Assembly: GCA_026770705.1 (NCBI GenBank)
Contig: JANJGN010000056.1
Location: 1,984,001 to 2,048,000 of the forward strand
Length of the DNA stretch: 64,000 nt
Reading direction: 5' to 3'
Origin: Isurus oxyrinchus
Lineage: Eukaryota
The notes under the pieces were generated by a model. It was not told the DNA's origin. It searched no databases and was given only the letters and a program-made list of their open reading frames with translations. The position numbers and the translations under genes are program-made. This document shows, in pieces, positions 39,966 to 53,769 of the stretch. How positions within the stretch are numbered: position 1 is the stretch's first letter; every line of letters begins with the position of its first letter.

Positions 39966-41916
39966 TTCAGGGGGCCTCATATTCAAGAGTGATTTGGATA
40001 GTTTATTGACGAATAATGGTTATTGGGGTCATGAGGATATATGTGTGTGTTTTCAAGCCGCAGTGGAGGGGGCGGGTGTGTGACGCTAGTTGGAGGAGTG
40101 CAGGCAGGAAAATGGAGCTGAGGCCATAATCAGGTAAAGCATTTTCATTCCGAGCTGCAGAACATGCTCAAGGGGGCGAGTGCCCTACTCCTGCACTTAA
40201 TTCTTGTCTTGTTGGTCATGTATGAACTGCAGCGCTAACCAACAGCTGAAGGCGACGACAAATCGGGTTCATAATAATGAGTAACTCAATAGGACAATGA
40301 TTGTCGGCCCAAGACATTTTAGGGCCAAGAGTTCAATGTTCAACGTGGAATATTCTCCCAGCGTTGTACTCTCGTTATCATATTGTTTTATTGAAAACAT
40401 TGTTTTTCAATCAGCCCAAACATCTCTCTGGATGGAGTATATGAGTGGGTGTTGTAGGATGATTGGCTGTCGAGGGGAATGGTTATTGAACGTTTATGGG
40501 ATCGGAATCGTCTTGAACGCTGTATTGTGAAGTATTCTGGTTGAGAAAACAAACGCCTTCTCCATAAATGTCTTGTATTAGACATAATGTAATTGACCAA
40601 CACGAACCCTCCAGGTCCTCTGGTTGTATGTATAATTTCCCGGTGGAAGGGCGCAAATTTCTGTGCAAGACCATGGATTGTAGGCCTAGTCACCGTCGGA
40701 GGCGGCAGTGCCAGCGTAATCCTCGGAACGATCAGGGCAGCGTATGTCTTCCCTCTGGGAGCTTGAATGTCAATGACAAGGATCACACACGTGCCATGTT
40801 GGAACTTAGAATGTGTCCTGAAATACAAAACAGTGGGGAACATGTGAAACTTCCCCATTAGGTCTGGAGGATCAGGAACATTGAGCTGCTAAGGTTCATT
40901 TTGATGTAAATTAGTGACGATTTTTCCCGCAACAACGCCTTGTGGTTTAATTATTTCCTGCCCTGACCGTCTCCGATAATATTTACTTGTTGATCGCTAA
41001 CATACAGTCCCTTCCATTGGTTTGACCGCAGACATCAGTCCAATATTCGACGTTTCACTTTGAAGTGGTTGCTTTCAGAAAGAGAGTTACTGACGTAACC
41101 TGTTTGTTCAATGACTGAAACTGATTTATTTCTTCAGGGAACATGAATGTGCTAATGAGGATTTATCTGTTGTATAAATAAAAGTTTCTCTGAACGGATC
41201 ATTTCATGTTCTCCAAAAGACTCAGTGTTTCTGCTTCAATTAGCGCTTCTCACAGCGAATAGCGTTTGTTTCACTTAGTCAGATTCGGGACATTTCCGAA
41301 CCCATTCTCGAAGTTCTCGTTGTCTAATGTACGTTTATTTTCAAACTCTCAGGCTAACAATATGAATTTCTCTTTTTCTATCCATTCACTGAATGCGAGC
41401 GAGGCTGGCGAGGCCAGCATTTATTGTCCTTCCCTAATTGCCCTTGAAAACATGGTAGTGAGATGCATTTTCGAGCTGCTGTCGTCTGTGTTATGAAGGG
41501 GAGGTCCAGTACTTTGACGCAGAGGCAGTGAAGGAACGGCGATATATTTCCAAATAAGGGCGGCGAGTGGTTTGGAGAGGAGCAACTGGTGGTGGCGTTC
41601 TCATGTCTATGATGTCCTTGTCTCTCTAGGTGGTAGCCGACGTGAGTTTGGAAGTTTAAGATCAGGGCTTTATGTCTGTAAAATGTAGCAGCTTTTCTCT
41701 CTTCCCTGTTACGAATGCTTTGGTGAGAGTTTTACCCTGATATTCTGCGTCGAATTAATGTGATAGCTCCTTCCGCGTCTCGACAGTGATTTAACTTTGT
41801 TTATTTTATTTTTCAGATATTTATTCAAAGGAGACGGGGGTTTGTAAGTTTCAGCTCACATCGTTCCATTCCATCCTGTTTACCCATCTCAAGAGGAAAG
41901 ACAGCTGCTCATAAAA

Positions 41917-41986
41917 ATGGGAGAACTGATACTTCTCAAGATAGAAGCCATTTACTACCCGATTCTCGCAGCTGTCGGTGTACCAG
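41917..41986 (+). CDS. Gene B exon 1: MGELILLKIEAIYYPILAAVGVP plus 1 nt
   Basis: Start context aaaATGG, 70 nt long, donor CCAG|gtaaga. Too short for the ORF track. Intron 41987-51250 is 9264 bp. Confidence 0.92.
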
Positions 41987-44188
41987 GTAAGAGCCTAAAC
42001 ACAATCAGTAGACATATAAATGGATATTGACTTTCTTCTCAAACGGCGTTTCTGTTAACGTGCAATCGTTCCTTTTCTGTTGGAGAGTTATCAAAGTTGA
42101 GGTGTCACGTTACCTGCTTTCTTACTGTTGCTTTATCTTTCACACCGCGTTCTAGAGTTGACACTGTATTTATTCTTTGGGGAATTTCTTCAATTTGTGT
42201 GGGTTCTGCAATAATTGTCTTAACCAATTGCAGACCATCTTTAAAATTGGAGATAAAACGTGTCTATGAAAATCAATGCAGGGGCAAATTCGCATTCTAC
42301 AGAATTCAGCTTGAACTAATGGAAAGTGTTTGCTCACGGATTTCAACTGTTTTCCAATATGGCAAGCAACAGAATCCCTTTCAAATCACGTGCTTTTTAG
42401 CAGAGATATTTTTACAGATCAGTGTGAAGTTACGAAATCTGGAAGCTTGCCTGAATCACAATGCTGTTTGAGATTAAGACACTCCGACGTCTTACTCACT
42501 TGCATATTGATACAAATGATTTTCAACAGCCTTTGTTCACGACCACATTGATGGAATTACTTAAAGTAAGCGTGATTTGTGCCCGGGAAGCTTCCATAGA
42601 CATAATGTTAACAATGGCCGGATTTTTTTCGTTTGTGGATTTTAGCAGAGGTATAAATATCGTTCAGGACAAAGGGGACTATAACAATGTTGCTCCTCGA
42701 ATAAGTGGAATTGAATCTTTTTACGTTTTCCTCGTCAATCAATTTGACATCTGTTCTTAAAGCTTCTACTTGTGGTAGTGCAGAATTACTTCACTAAGAC
42801 ATTGGAACATTAGCCGAGAACTTTGTTCTGAAGTCCTGGCGCCGGAAGTAAATCGTTAAACGTCTATCTCAGCACGGAGATTTCAACTGACTGAGCCATA
42901 AGTCCGATTTTGAAACACCTACGCACCCCGAGTAGTTATCTGGTTCTCATTATTCTGCTCCATTCAATTTCTCGCCCTCCACTACTTGCTGATCTAAATC
43001 AAACATCCAAATATAATTAATTTGTATTGAGGATTGAAATTAATTGGTTTAAAGCATTTTCGGACTCCCCTGTCTCTTTTTGAATTTCGCATTGCTAAGT
43101 GACATGCAGGTTCTGACAAAACGACATAGAGGCAGAGGCAATGAGAGCAGAAGTTAACAATTTGGCCGTTCGAGCTTGTTCCACTACACAAGTATATCAT
43201 AGCTGTAATCATGCCTTCACGTCATTCCCTTGCACTATCTCTTATCTCTGGACGCATTTAACATTTAGAAAATGGTTCATCGCGCTGCCTTCAACATTCC
43301 CAATGACTGAGCCTCTGCTGCTGTTGGGAGAGATAATTTCAAACATTCGCTGCTCTCTGAGTGAAGAAATTCTCCCTCATGTCTGCCCTAAATGCATACC
43401 TGTTACTCTGATACTGTTTCTCATGATATTAGACACATCAGCCAGGGGCACATCCCTCCAACATCTGTAACATCGAACCCTGTAAGAACAGTGTACGATT
43501 CAGTGAGATCATTTCTCATTTGGCAAAGCTCCAGAAAGCATAGGGTCAGTCTCGTAAATGTCACCACATTGGAAAATCCCAGCTAATTCCCAGTAATTCA
43601 AGGACTTATCTGGTTAACAGTCATTGTAGCACAGCTATAACAACAGCGCAAAAACTCACGCCAAAAAGAGAAATTGCAATGCTTGTCCTGCACCACAACC
43701 ATCACCATAATAATGCCACATGGAAATTGAGGAGTTGGAGATAGTTTGGGCTTGGAATTACAAATTATAGTTGTGCACATCCCTGCTCCAGCTGATGGCC
43801 CAAAGTACCTGGTGAATGCCCACTTTTATGTTGCTGATCAGATTGAAAAGTACCTGATATCGCACAACGGTAGTGTCACACTATACAACGAAGGAACTTT
43901 CCAATGTGAAGGCCGACTATGTCTGCACAAGGACCATGCGGTGTTCTATCCTATCATTCCTGTAATGGCCAGATGCATAATTTGCTTGACGGTTGTTGAG
44001 GCGTGTTCATTTCGGTCTTTGCACCTTGTTGGTTCCCTGATCACCTTCCAAAGACCGAATCAAACAATTATTATTCTAACTCAGCCTGATTGGCCATTAG
44101 TGGTGCTACCGATCCTTTCTTGGTCATAGATGATAATGGCCCCTGCGTACAATAATTTTTGTTTCTTGCCACTCACCAAAAAAATCGT

Positions 44189-44490
44189 TTTATGCCAAAC
44201 AACAGAGCAGAAATTAAGGGTGAGGTGCAGGTGTTTCAGGAGGGATGGGAGGAAAAACTTTTTCCCCAGAGTTTGGTGACTGTCTCTAATGCGCTGCCTG
44301 CCAGTGTGGTAGAGGTGGATTGCCTCACAACCTTTAAAAATTAACTGGATGAGCATTTGGCACGTCAATACATTCAAGCCTATGGGTCAAGTTCTGGTAA
44401 ATGCGATTACGTAGTCAGAACAGGTGTTTCCCACATACCGGTGCAGATTAGAAGGGCCGAAGTTTCTCTTCTGCACTGTGATTCTGTGAT
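44189..44490 (+). mobile_element. Short 5'-truncated CR1 insertion specific to arm B
   Basis: CR1 3' end with tail ctgtgattctgtgat, flanked by TCGT at 44185-44188 and 44491-44494. It is absent from the paralogous site near 26880. Confidence 0.8.
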
Positions 44491-47301
44491 TCGTCCATGA
44501 ATGTTCATTCATTCATCATCTGAGGGGAACAGCAGGTGGTCAACATAAGGGAATATTCAGTGCCCATGTTTTACCTAATGCCATGAGGTGGAATATAAGT
44601 TTCACGTGCTCTTAGTGCTCTGAAAAATGGTGCTCACTGAACGGAGACGCAGAGCAAAATGGTATTTAGGAAAGCAACAAAGGAATTGCCCGTTTTAGAT
44701 CAATTTATTTTCCTCAGGTGGTGGTTGATGGTTTTGATGAACGTTAAAATCAGTAAGAATAATTATTCAGTGAAGATAAACAGCTTGAATCATTAAAGCT
44801 AAGCACTGGTTATCAATCAAGCAGTCTGCTTTGCCGTGGATATGTTCAATGTTGTTGAATGTTATGGAAGCAGAACTCATCCAGAAAACAGTTGTTATTC
44901 CATTATATTCGTGAATTGCGCATTGAAGATGGAGTGAATGTTTTGCAGAGTCAGGCGGGTATGTCCACGCCACAGAATTCCCAGCTCCTGACCTGCGCTT
45001 CTAGTCACAGTTTCTAGTCAATGGTTTTTCTGTGGATGTTCAAAATGGAGAATAAAACGATGCTGATAAAATTAAATATAATTTGTTGGACACTCTTTTT
45101 TCGTAGGTGGTCATTACCTCTCAGTTGTGTGGGGCCAATATGACTTGTTAGTTTTCAACAGAAGCCTGGATATTGCCAGGTCTTGGTGTACATGGGCAAG
45201 ATTTCTTCAGCATCACGAATGGTTTTGAACTTTGAAAAATCTTCAGCGGACACTACCGCCAACCCTTCGTCCACCACAAAACTTCCTCTGGGTATATGTT
45301 GCAAGAAGTTAATTGATGAAGCATCTCAAGGTAGTTTGGTTCAGGACACTGCCCGTAGGATCTCGTGCAGTGCTTTCATCGGGATGAGGTGATTCACCTG
45401 AGAAACAAAACAAAAAAAAATATTCTTTGTGATAGGTATGACAGCAATCAATGGAGATGCTTCCCATTATTTTTATTGACCCCAATACTGATATATCTCC
45501 ATGATGCCACTGCATGTCAAATGTTGTCTTGATTTAAATGACAGCCGCTCTCCAATCACATCGTGAGTTCAGCACTTTTGACCATGTTTGGTTTAAGGCC
45601 GAACCAAGAGCTGGAGCTCGTACGAAGCAGAAAATGGTCGCCCGTGAGGAGGTTACTCACTACTACGTGGTGATTGAAAGCAATGCCCATGACCGATTCC
45701 ATCACTTTGTTCATGATGAAGAGTAGGGGATGAGGGGATAAATATTGGTTGGATTTGACAAGTTTTGTTTTTGTGGATAGTCCCAGCTGTGTGACTGCTC
45801 ACATTTTCGCGTGGATGCCAGTGTTTTAGCTGTCATATACCAGGTTGTCTAGGTCTCCCATACAATTGCCGGTATCTGACAGGACCCATGGTCTCTGCAT
45901 CATCCAGTTCCTTCTGGCATTCCTTTAGATCACGTGTTCTAAATCACATTAGCTCAAAACTGGCATCTGTGATGCTCTCATCCTCAGAACGGGGACAGGA
46001 TAATTCACCCACCCTTCACGTCAGTCTGAATATGGCAGAAAGTTCTTGAGCCATGTGTATGCACTGATGTGCTGCGCCCCACAATCATTACCGATATGGA
46101 TATTGGTGGGGTGTCCACCACCCTTGATTCGTTGATTTGTCCAACATCATTCAAGATGGCATGAGCAGAACTTCAGAGCTAAGTTAACGTTATTTGCTGG
46201 TTGGATCAATTAACCCTGTCAATCACATTCTGCATCCACTGCTCTGCATGCAAGTCGTCCTGTCTCGCAATTCACCAGGTCAAAGCCCCGTTGTTAGGTA
46301 TGATTGCAGCAACTCCTGATATATGACAGGTGTCGACAAAGGTGACTCGTTCGAGCACTTCACTTCGAAAGCCTGGAACAATAAGTGCAGAAGTGGCATG
46401 GGAACACTCTTATTGCAAAATCCTTTCCAAGTCACACCCCATACTGACTCCGAGATACATTAGTGTTCCCTGAATGCCACTGGATCAAACGCCTGTAAAT
46501 CCATCACTCGTAACACTGTGTGTGCAACCACATCACATGGACAGCAAGAAGAACAATATCTGCGCTCGGAAAAAAGGCTCATCCTACCAATGATTCCCAC
46601 AAAAAAAGAATTGCTGCATAATGCAGAATCTATGAATGTTTTTGTCATTTGATATGAAAGGACGTTCCTGTTTGTTTACTTTGTAGGACTACACTAAGGC
46701 TAACTACAACATGCATGTTTTAATTCAAATCCTTTCACAGTACGCTGGTCCCTAACTGAGGATGTATATCTTCAATTCGTTCCTCAATACCTAAATCTGT
46801 AGCCAAAACGATGGGCTGGAAATTTCTCCCCAAGTCGCACCTCAAACCTACACACTCACACTCCCCATCACTCCTCACACCCACACCACCCACTATCCCC
46901 ACTCCCCCACATCACCCACACCCATCAAAAACGTCAAATCTGCACGAATATCAAATACCTGCATCGGGTATAATGACATCACGTTCTTAAGTATCCCCAG
47001 TTGCAGATGGAGAACGGGCGGGTCAACATTTCTCAAGTTACTTATTAACAGGGTATTGAGCTTGTCAGCGAACCAATGGTATGTCCTCCTGTTTGGTGCA
47101 TTGCATTTGCTGTGGCTCAGATGAGAAAAGTAAGTGTTTTTGTGCAGCTATTGTGAGACGGGCAAAGCCCGGTAGGTAACTCCTGCCTCCGGGAGCATGA
47201 TCGAATGTAGCAGCAGATTGTGCCGGAGAAGATGGCTGCATCTTCAAGCTTTATTTCTCATTTTTTCGTTTCTTGCCTGAGCATTCACTGAAAAGTATTT
47301 T

Positions 47302-47425
47302 TCAAAAATATTTCTAGGTTTTAGGTTGTTTTGAGCTTGTAGCCATAGCGACTCTCTCTTCACAGCATTACACTCTGCTGCATGAGGTCCAGGCGTTCAC
47401 TGCCGATTGGATGCGTACACCTTTT
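47302..47425 (+). repeat. ~125-bp inverted repeat, copy 1 (intron of gene B)
   Basis: The reverse complement matches 48421-48545, including a long exact core ccaatcggcagtgaacgcctggacctcatgcagcagagtgtaatgctgtgaa. Confidence 0.9.
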
Positions 47426-48420
47426 GCATTTTTCATTGCCTCTTGCCCGGAATTCTATGGATTGACGAGGTGGAGGCCGTCTAAGGGAGGGTGAGTGAGA
47501 CAAGAGGGAGCAGACCACTCATTTTGCTTTTACCCAAGCTCACAATGCCGAAAAACGTAAAATCCAGTGTGAAACCTACTTAATGTAACGTTGCTTTATG
47601 AACCTAAATCACTTTTAGCGTTTCTAACCTGCAGCAGGGGGACTAGTCCGGCCTTTCTACTGTTTCTGTTGCTAACGAGTCTGCAGCAATGTGTGATAAC
47701 CAAAAACACCCTTCAGTGGATCTCACTCTGTATTGTAATAGCCAGAACATTATCAACGTCCCTGAAATGAACTGGAGCTTTAGGATCTGCTTTGCATACA
47801 AACGATGCCGCAGAAAATTGTTATTGTGTGCTTACATTACGAATGAAATATCGCTCTTGAACAGATATGGAGTTAGGAAAGTGGCAGAACCTCCATCGCT
47901 CTGTGGTTCATCAGACTGGGGTATTTACGGAAATTACACCAAGAGGCACATTAATCAAAGTGCACTGCCCCTGCTCTTGGTTTCTTTTCAAAAACAGCAT
48001 ATCAGTTACAGGTGAGAAGCAGATTGCATTTGCAGAGAGCAATTCCACAGCATATTTACATGCTTATTTCTCTAGTAAATTTATCAGGGGCTTTTGTGGA
48101 AAGTATACCTGATATCTGTACAGTTAGTTTGACAAATAAAATACTGCATAATGGTTTGGATAATGCACGATTAAATTAGTTAGAACATTGTGTGGTTCAT
48201 TCCTGGAGCATTTCAATGTTTAATTTGCAGGAAAATTCTGGAAACATATTGATAATGTATTGGATATCAGTTTTAATAATTAATTTGTTCAACGGTTGAC
48301 TGCCTCAATGTATAATTGTGTAAATTACTGCCTTTTTCCTATTTTTAACTGTTTCCTTACAGCTCTGGCCAGTACAGGTTCAGGTGCTGAAAGTCTGGTT
48401 AACCATCTTTGTATAATTCA

Positions 48421-48545
48421 AAAAATGGTGTCCGCGTCCAATCGGCAGTGAACGCCTGGACCTCATGCAGCAGAGTGTAATGCTGTGAACAGAGAGTCGG
48501 AATGGCCACAAGCTCAAAACAACCTACTCCTAGAAATATTTTTGA
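48421..48545 (-). repeat. ~125-bp inverted repeat, copy 2 (insertion relative to arm A)
   Basis: Matches copy 1. The paralogous site in arm A (~22935-22950) has only about a dozen unrelated nt here. Confidence 0.9.
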
Positions 48546-51250
48546 TATTTATGACTCAGAGTGAACTTACTGACATTGTAGGGATATAAATGCTAGAGTT
48601 GCTCAGGGAATAATAGGTATAGGATAAATGAAGGTAAACCTTAATTTTTGACGTATCTTTTGGGCTTTAATTTAGTCAAAATGGCTTTAATTTCTTCATG
48701 TCTCCCCCATTTTCCAGTGCAGCCTACATAGTCAACAGAAAATCAAACTTCACCTTATATACATTCCCTGGCGTCTTCAAGGCTCTTTGACAGTTCCCAT
48801 CAAGTCAATCAATGTTTTTCGCTTTCATCCAGTTAGAACTTTGTGAATCGGTGGCAGCAGTTGCCAACTGGGCTGTGTATGTCACCTTATAAACATCAAT
48901 TTTTTTATGTGTGTTCAGAGCTTGCCAACTTACGAGTTGATACAAAAATGTAAAATTCTGTTTATCTGTATCCGAATAATACCACTTACGTTTCTGAAAG
49001 TTCATGTATATAATTAACCTACATCTTCAGGAATTAATATGATCCAAAATGTTCATTCAGCACCCCATTTATATTCATTGCTCCATTGCATTGATATGTT
49101 CCTACAAACAAGATTGCAAAATCTACACTTTCATTCTGCTCCAGGTTGCAAAGCGTTGAAAGCAGTTGGTACTTCCATGAAATCTCTTTTCACTCATCCC
49201 TTGATTGCGAGGATATGCATGTTCTATTCCTTAATCTGGGCATCCAGAGTCTGACTGGATATTTCAACCGAAAAGCTATTCTGTACCCTTGCAAGAGCCA
49301 AGAAATCCTCTCCCGCACCATAGGCATCAGCACCACCAATTTCAGAAGCAAAACAATTACTTATTTTGGGTATTAATTACGACTTGAGTTATTTAAATTG
49401 CTTTGAAATGCTGATAAAAATAAATTAACTTGTGCATTCAATTAGTAAATGTATGGTAGCAACAAATTGGTTCATTGGGAATCACTGAGAAACTCCATTC
49501 TTCAAAATTCAACGGAGTTCTATTATGTAAACAACCGAAACATTGATGCAGGCACAATTATCTGAGGCTCACGCCGATTTCGCTTGATTTATAAAGATGA
49601 TTGAATTTAACCAGTATTTACTAGAAATGATTCAATTTAATCTTCAATATATTAACACAACATTGAATTAGTTAGCGAATTCACAAAAAATGTTCTTGCA
49701 TTTTGAAAAAGAAGTAATCATTTTACTAAATATTGCTAATAATCAAGGATATGATGATCCGAAACAATTTAAAATAAAATTTGCTGCAAGGTATTATAAT
49801 GTAACCATGCATGTGTTAGGAGATAGATCATTATCATGAAGTAATCGACACTTCATTGTTTTCCTCCTCTAATCATATATTAGACCTACAACAATCTACC
49901 TAGGCAAATCGGTGGGCCCCTCATGGTCCATGTCGACCTGAAACTTTTGCACTTGGTGTGCTGCAAGGGTCAGTGTTCAGCTTCACATTTCAAATCATTT
50001 CTCACGGATACTGTGAATGACACGCAAGTGACTCCTTGAAGCCTTTTCGGAAACAAGGTTCTTTGATCTACAGCCGATCAATCAATGGGAACGCTCTCCT
50101 GTCACCTCAGAATCGATAGTTGATTTTAACCTCATTGGAATCACATCTTCGAATTGCTGACTCGCTCCACTTTAATACCAATGTGCCTTGCATCACTGTG
50201 ATTCCTATTGTCCCTGCATTTTGCGACATGCATTCAATGCACTTTACATCTAGTCCGTCCAAAAAGAAGCGTGGTCCTGCACAATACCCGCTCTGCATTC
50301 CCATTGGCCAATAAATATTGTTCACTTAATCTGATAGCAATGGCGCCGTTCCCATTCGGCCATTAAACCGCCCCCTTGATCAGCACCAAATATACCCAGT
50401 CGGCAAAGTAATGTTGCTTCAGTTTTTTCCGCAATGAATTAGCGATGCATTCACCTGACCTGCGCCTTCACAATGCCCCGTCTGCATATTAATCTTACAT
50501 TACTGAGCCTGCCTTAAAACACCTGACTTATCAGCCCTCATTCCCTACCACAACGTTTCACTGCGAATCTGCATAAAAATTTCACCATGTTTTGATTCTC
50601 ACTGGACCGGATCTGTGAAGACCCTTGAGTAAACCTTTATTCGGCCTCGTCTATGCTAGTGTTTCTTTGCAGCTCAGTGACCATTCTAACGTGATCTGTG
50701 CAACTACTATTCCATCTTTGCACTCCCAAGCGTTAGGAGTATGCCCATGCTGCTGGGCAGTACTTTACCTTCGAGCTGTCAGTCCTGTGTCACAGCAACC
50801 CTTTCAAATACTTATCACATCCATAAACCACGCAGCACACATTGCACCACTACCTCTTTCAGAGTATAACCCTACTTAGCCCACATTCCATTTTGCGTCT
50901 TCATTTCCCAATTGATATTGCACCTTCACACATGAATTGTCGCTTTATACCTCCCATTTGCTATTTAAAGTTCGACATGCACTGCCGTTTTTGTACGTTC
51001 AAATTGTCCGGATCACATTCTCCCTCAAAAAGCTCAATCATTCTTGCACAGTAGTTGCCTAGTTTAAATTGACGATGTTCCTATCAAAAGAGGAATGAAC
51101 GGTTCCCTCTCCACATTTAGTACATGCTACTCTCGGGAACAGGCTGTGCATGTTTGGGTCAAATGCATGTGCCTTTTCGATAACTGCAAGAGAAGTTGCC
51201 TTGTTCATCTCTGACTTCTATCTCCTTCTCTCTCTATCCCTCTATTACAG

Positions 51251-52155
51251 GGAATGTTCTTGCGATTGTGATCCTTTCCAGAAGAAAGTGTGGTCTCTCC
51301 AAATGCATTACACACTACATGATTGCAATGGCAGCGGCTGATGTCCTGTTTATTTGTACTGCAGTTATACTGAAGGAGATGCTGAATATTTATTTTCCGG
51401 GTTCATTCTTGACCATGAGCACGGTATGCCAGCTAACTGAGACATGGATTTATGTAGCCACATCAGCCTCTGTCTGGTTGACATTGGTGTTCACCTTCGA
51501 TCGTTTTGTGGCGATATGTTGTCAGGAACTGAGAAAAAAATATTGCACAGTGGCAACAGGCATAGTTGTCATATCAGTAGTGGGTGTTTTGAGTTGTTTG
51601 ACAAACATTCCATGGTATTTTGCTTATGAACCTGCATATATATTTGACAATGTACCTCACGGTTGCATCCTAAAACAAGCATTTTTCAATTATGCTGAAT
51701 GGGCTGCATTTGATTGGTTTATGCTCACTTTGACCCCATTTGTTCCATTCATTTCAATTTTGTTGCTAAATGTTTTGACGGTGAGACGTATTTTAGCCGC
51801 CAGTAGAGTTCGCAGGGGTCTCCGCGGTTGCTGCAATGGAGAGCATCACAATGATCCAGAGATTGAAAGCCGAAGAAAGTCCATAATTTTACTCTTCAGT
51901 ATAACCGGCAGTTTTTTATTGTTCTGGGCAACTCCAGTTGCATATATTTTCTCTCTGCGTATAACAATCATTTCATCTTCTGGCAAAAATGAAATTGAGT
52001 CATTGGGATTCATGCTTGGGGCCCTCAGTTGCTGCACAAATACGTTCATTTATGTGCTGACACTGTCTAGGTTTAGGGAGGAGCTGAGGAATGGAATGCA
52101 GTACCTTTTGAAATGGTGCGTACAATTAGTCATATTACAGCTGAAAGCCAATTAA
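51251..52155 (+). CDS. Gene B exon 2: intact GPR139/GPR142-like class A GPCR; the joined protein is 324 aa
   Basis: Acceptor ctctctatccctctattacag ends at 51250, phase 1. Motifs GN (TM1), AAADVL, C3.25, FTFDRFVAICC, the ECL2 cysteine, FW..P, NTFIY and helix 8 RFREEL are all present. Stop TAA at 52153-52155. Confidence 0.95.
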
Positions 52156-52310
52156 CATATGCAAGAGGACATAAAAAATGTGCCTGAAGGGACTCACATT
52201 AGCAAAATACGTGAAGCAATGTATGGCCACTCTGTATAAAGTTATATCCCTGCTAAAATTATTCCTTTACATTATTAGCCCAAATTGAACTCCTTTTCAC
52301 TGTACACTGT

Positions 52311-52351
52311 AATAAATGGTGGATTTGAGGCGTGATGATATTAATAATAAA
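52311..52351 (+). terminator. Candidate polyadenylation signals of gene B
   Basis: AATAAA at 52311-52316 and 52346-52351. Confidence 0.45.
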
Positions 52352-53769
52352 AATAATACTGAACTGCCCGTGTTATAATGGCAGGGTTTGACAGGAGCGA
52401 ATGTGATTCCAGATTCTGAAAACATTGAGCTCATTATACAGTCGTTCTGATCAACAAGAGAACACCACAAACATCACCAGCTGGAACGTAATAACTCCAA
52501 CAAGAGTAACATAGAAAAACATCACAAATACCCTTCAATGTCTCTCTGGGTCAAATACCATATAGGGGGGTTTTGAAAACAGGTTTCATGAAACCTGGCT
52601 CCCCCCAAATGTCCGACTGCTGCATAATGAGTTGCTACTCAGAGTTCCCTATAACTCACATGATTAAAACAAGGAACGCCTGGCAATCACGTGTTTTGTA
52701 AATGACCGAGCAATGACGCAATTGATCACATGGTACATTTTATCACATATTCCCACGATCTTTCGGACTTAGAGACGGTTCCAGATCTTAACTTCGGATT
52801 TCCCTACGATTTATTTGATAGCTTGCATAGCGCAAACTTAATCATTCACTATCACAGGTTCTGCCTCCTCCCAACATGCTTATTCATAACACTCTCTGGT
52901 TCATGTTTTCTGGTCCTTTCAAACACACGGCCACCAAGTGCTTGTTATCACAATTCACAGATGTTGTGGCGTCTGACAATTATTAACTTGACGTCCACTC
53001 TTCAGAATAACGAGTGAAGTTTCAGCCAGATATCCGCACCAATTCCCAGCTATGAAATGTCCACTCGCTCATGGCCCTACCATAAACATCTTCCTTTGTA
53101 TTTCTACGCAGTTTGAATGTGAACTAACATAATGTTATACTTGTCTTCGCATATTCTTATCATTTATTCTCATTTATGTTACTAAGCACAGTTCGTAGAT
53201 GCAACCATATACAGGTTACAGCATGGAGCAGATAATTTGACCCGCCCTTTCCTTATTGGCTCTCTGAAGGCGAAGATGCAGACGGCAACCACTCCTCCCC
53301 CTTAGGCAAGCTGTCTGGGTCATTCGGTTTTCTCACATACTAACACAAAATCACGTTGACCTTTCCTAGTTGAGCAGTTTGATCATCTGGGAAAATGGTT
53401 GGCCAGAAAAACGGCCAATTAAAATGTCAAATATACACTGGCGTTAGATACAAACCTACACCCGCTGTCAAGGAATGAATTAACATTAAAAAATTGATTC
53501 GATCATGGCATGAGGGGCATAGCTGGCAAGAAAAGAATTTATTGCCAAACGCTAATATCTCTTACAGCAACGTGAACGTGAACCGCCTTTCCGAGCAGCT
53601 ACAGTGAATGTGATATATTCGCAGACGATGCCTAGGGCCTGAATTACTTAAAAAACACACTGACCGCTAGCCTAGAACTCTTTTCTAAATAGTTCCAGTG
53701 ACTTCTTGGTACCTTCACTTTTTAAATATCCACCCTCGCTGCTGAGCTCCCTTTCCTTTCAGTTCCTGA

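Noticed and set aside
40388-40858. 156-aa minus-strand ORF upstream of gene B
   Set aside because: There is no recognisable domain, and the paralogous region in arm A (~30260-30720) has no corresponding long ORF.
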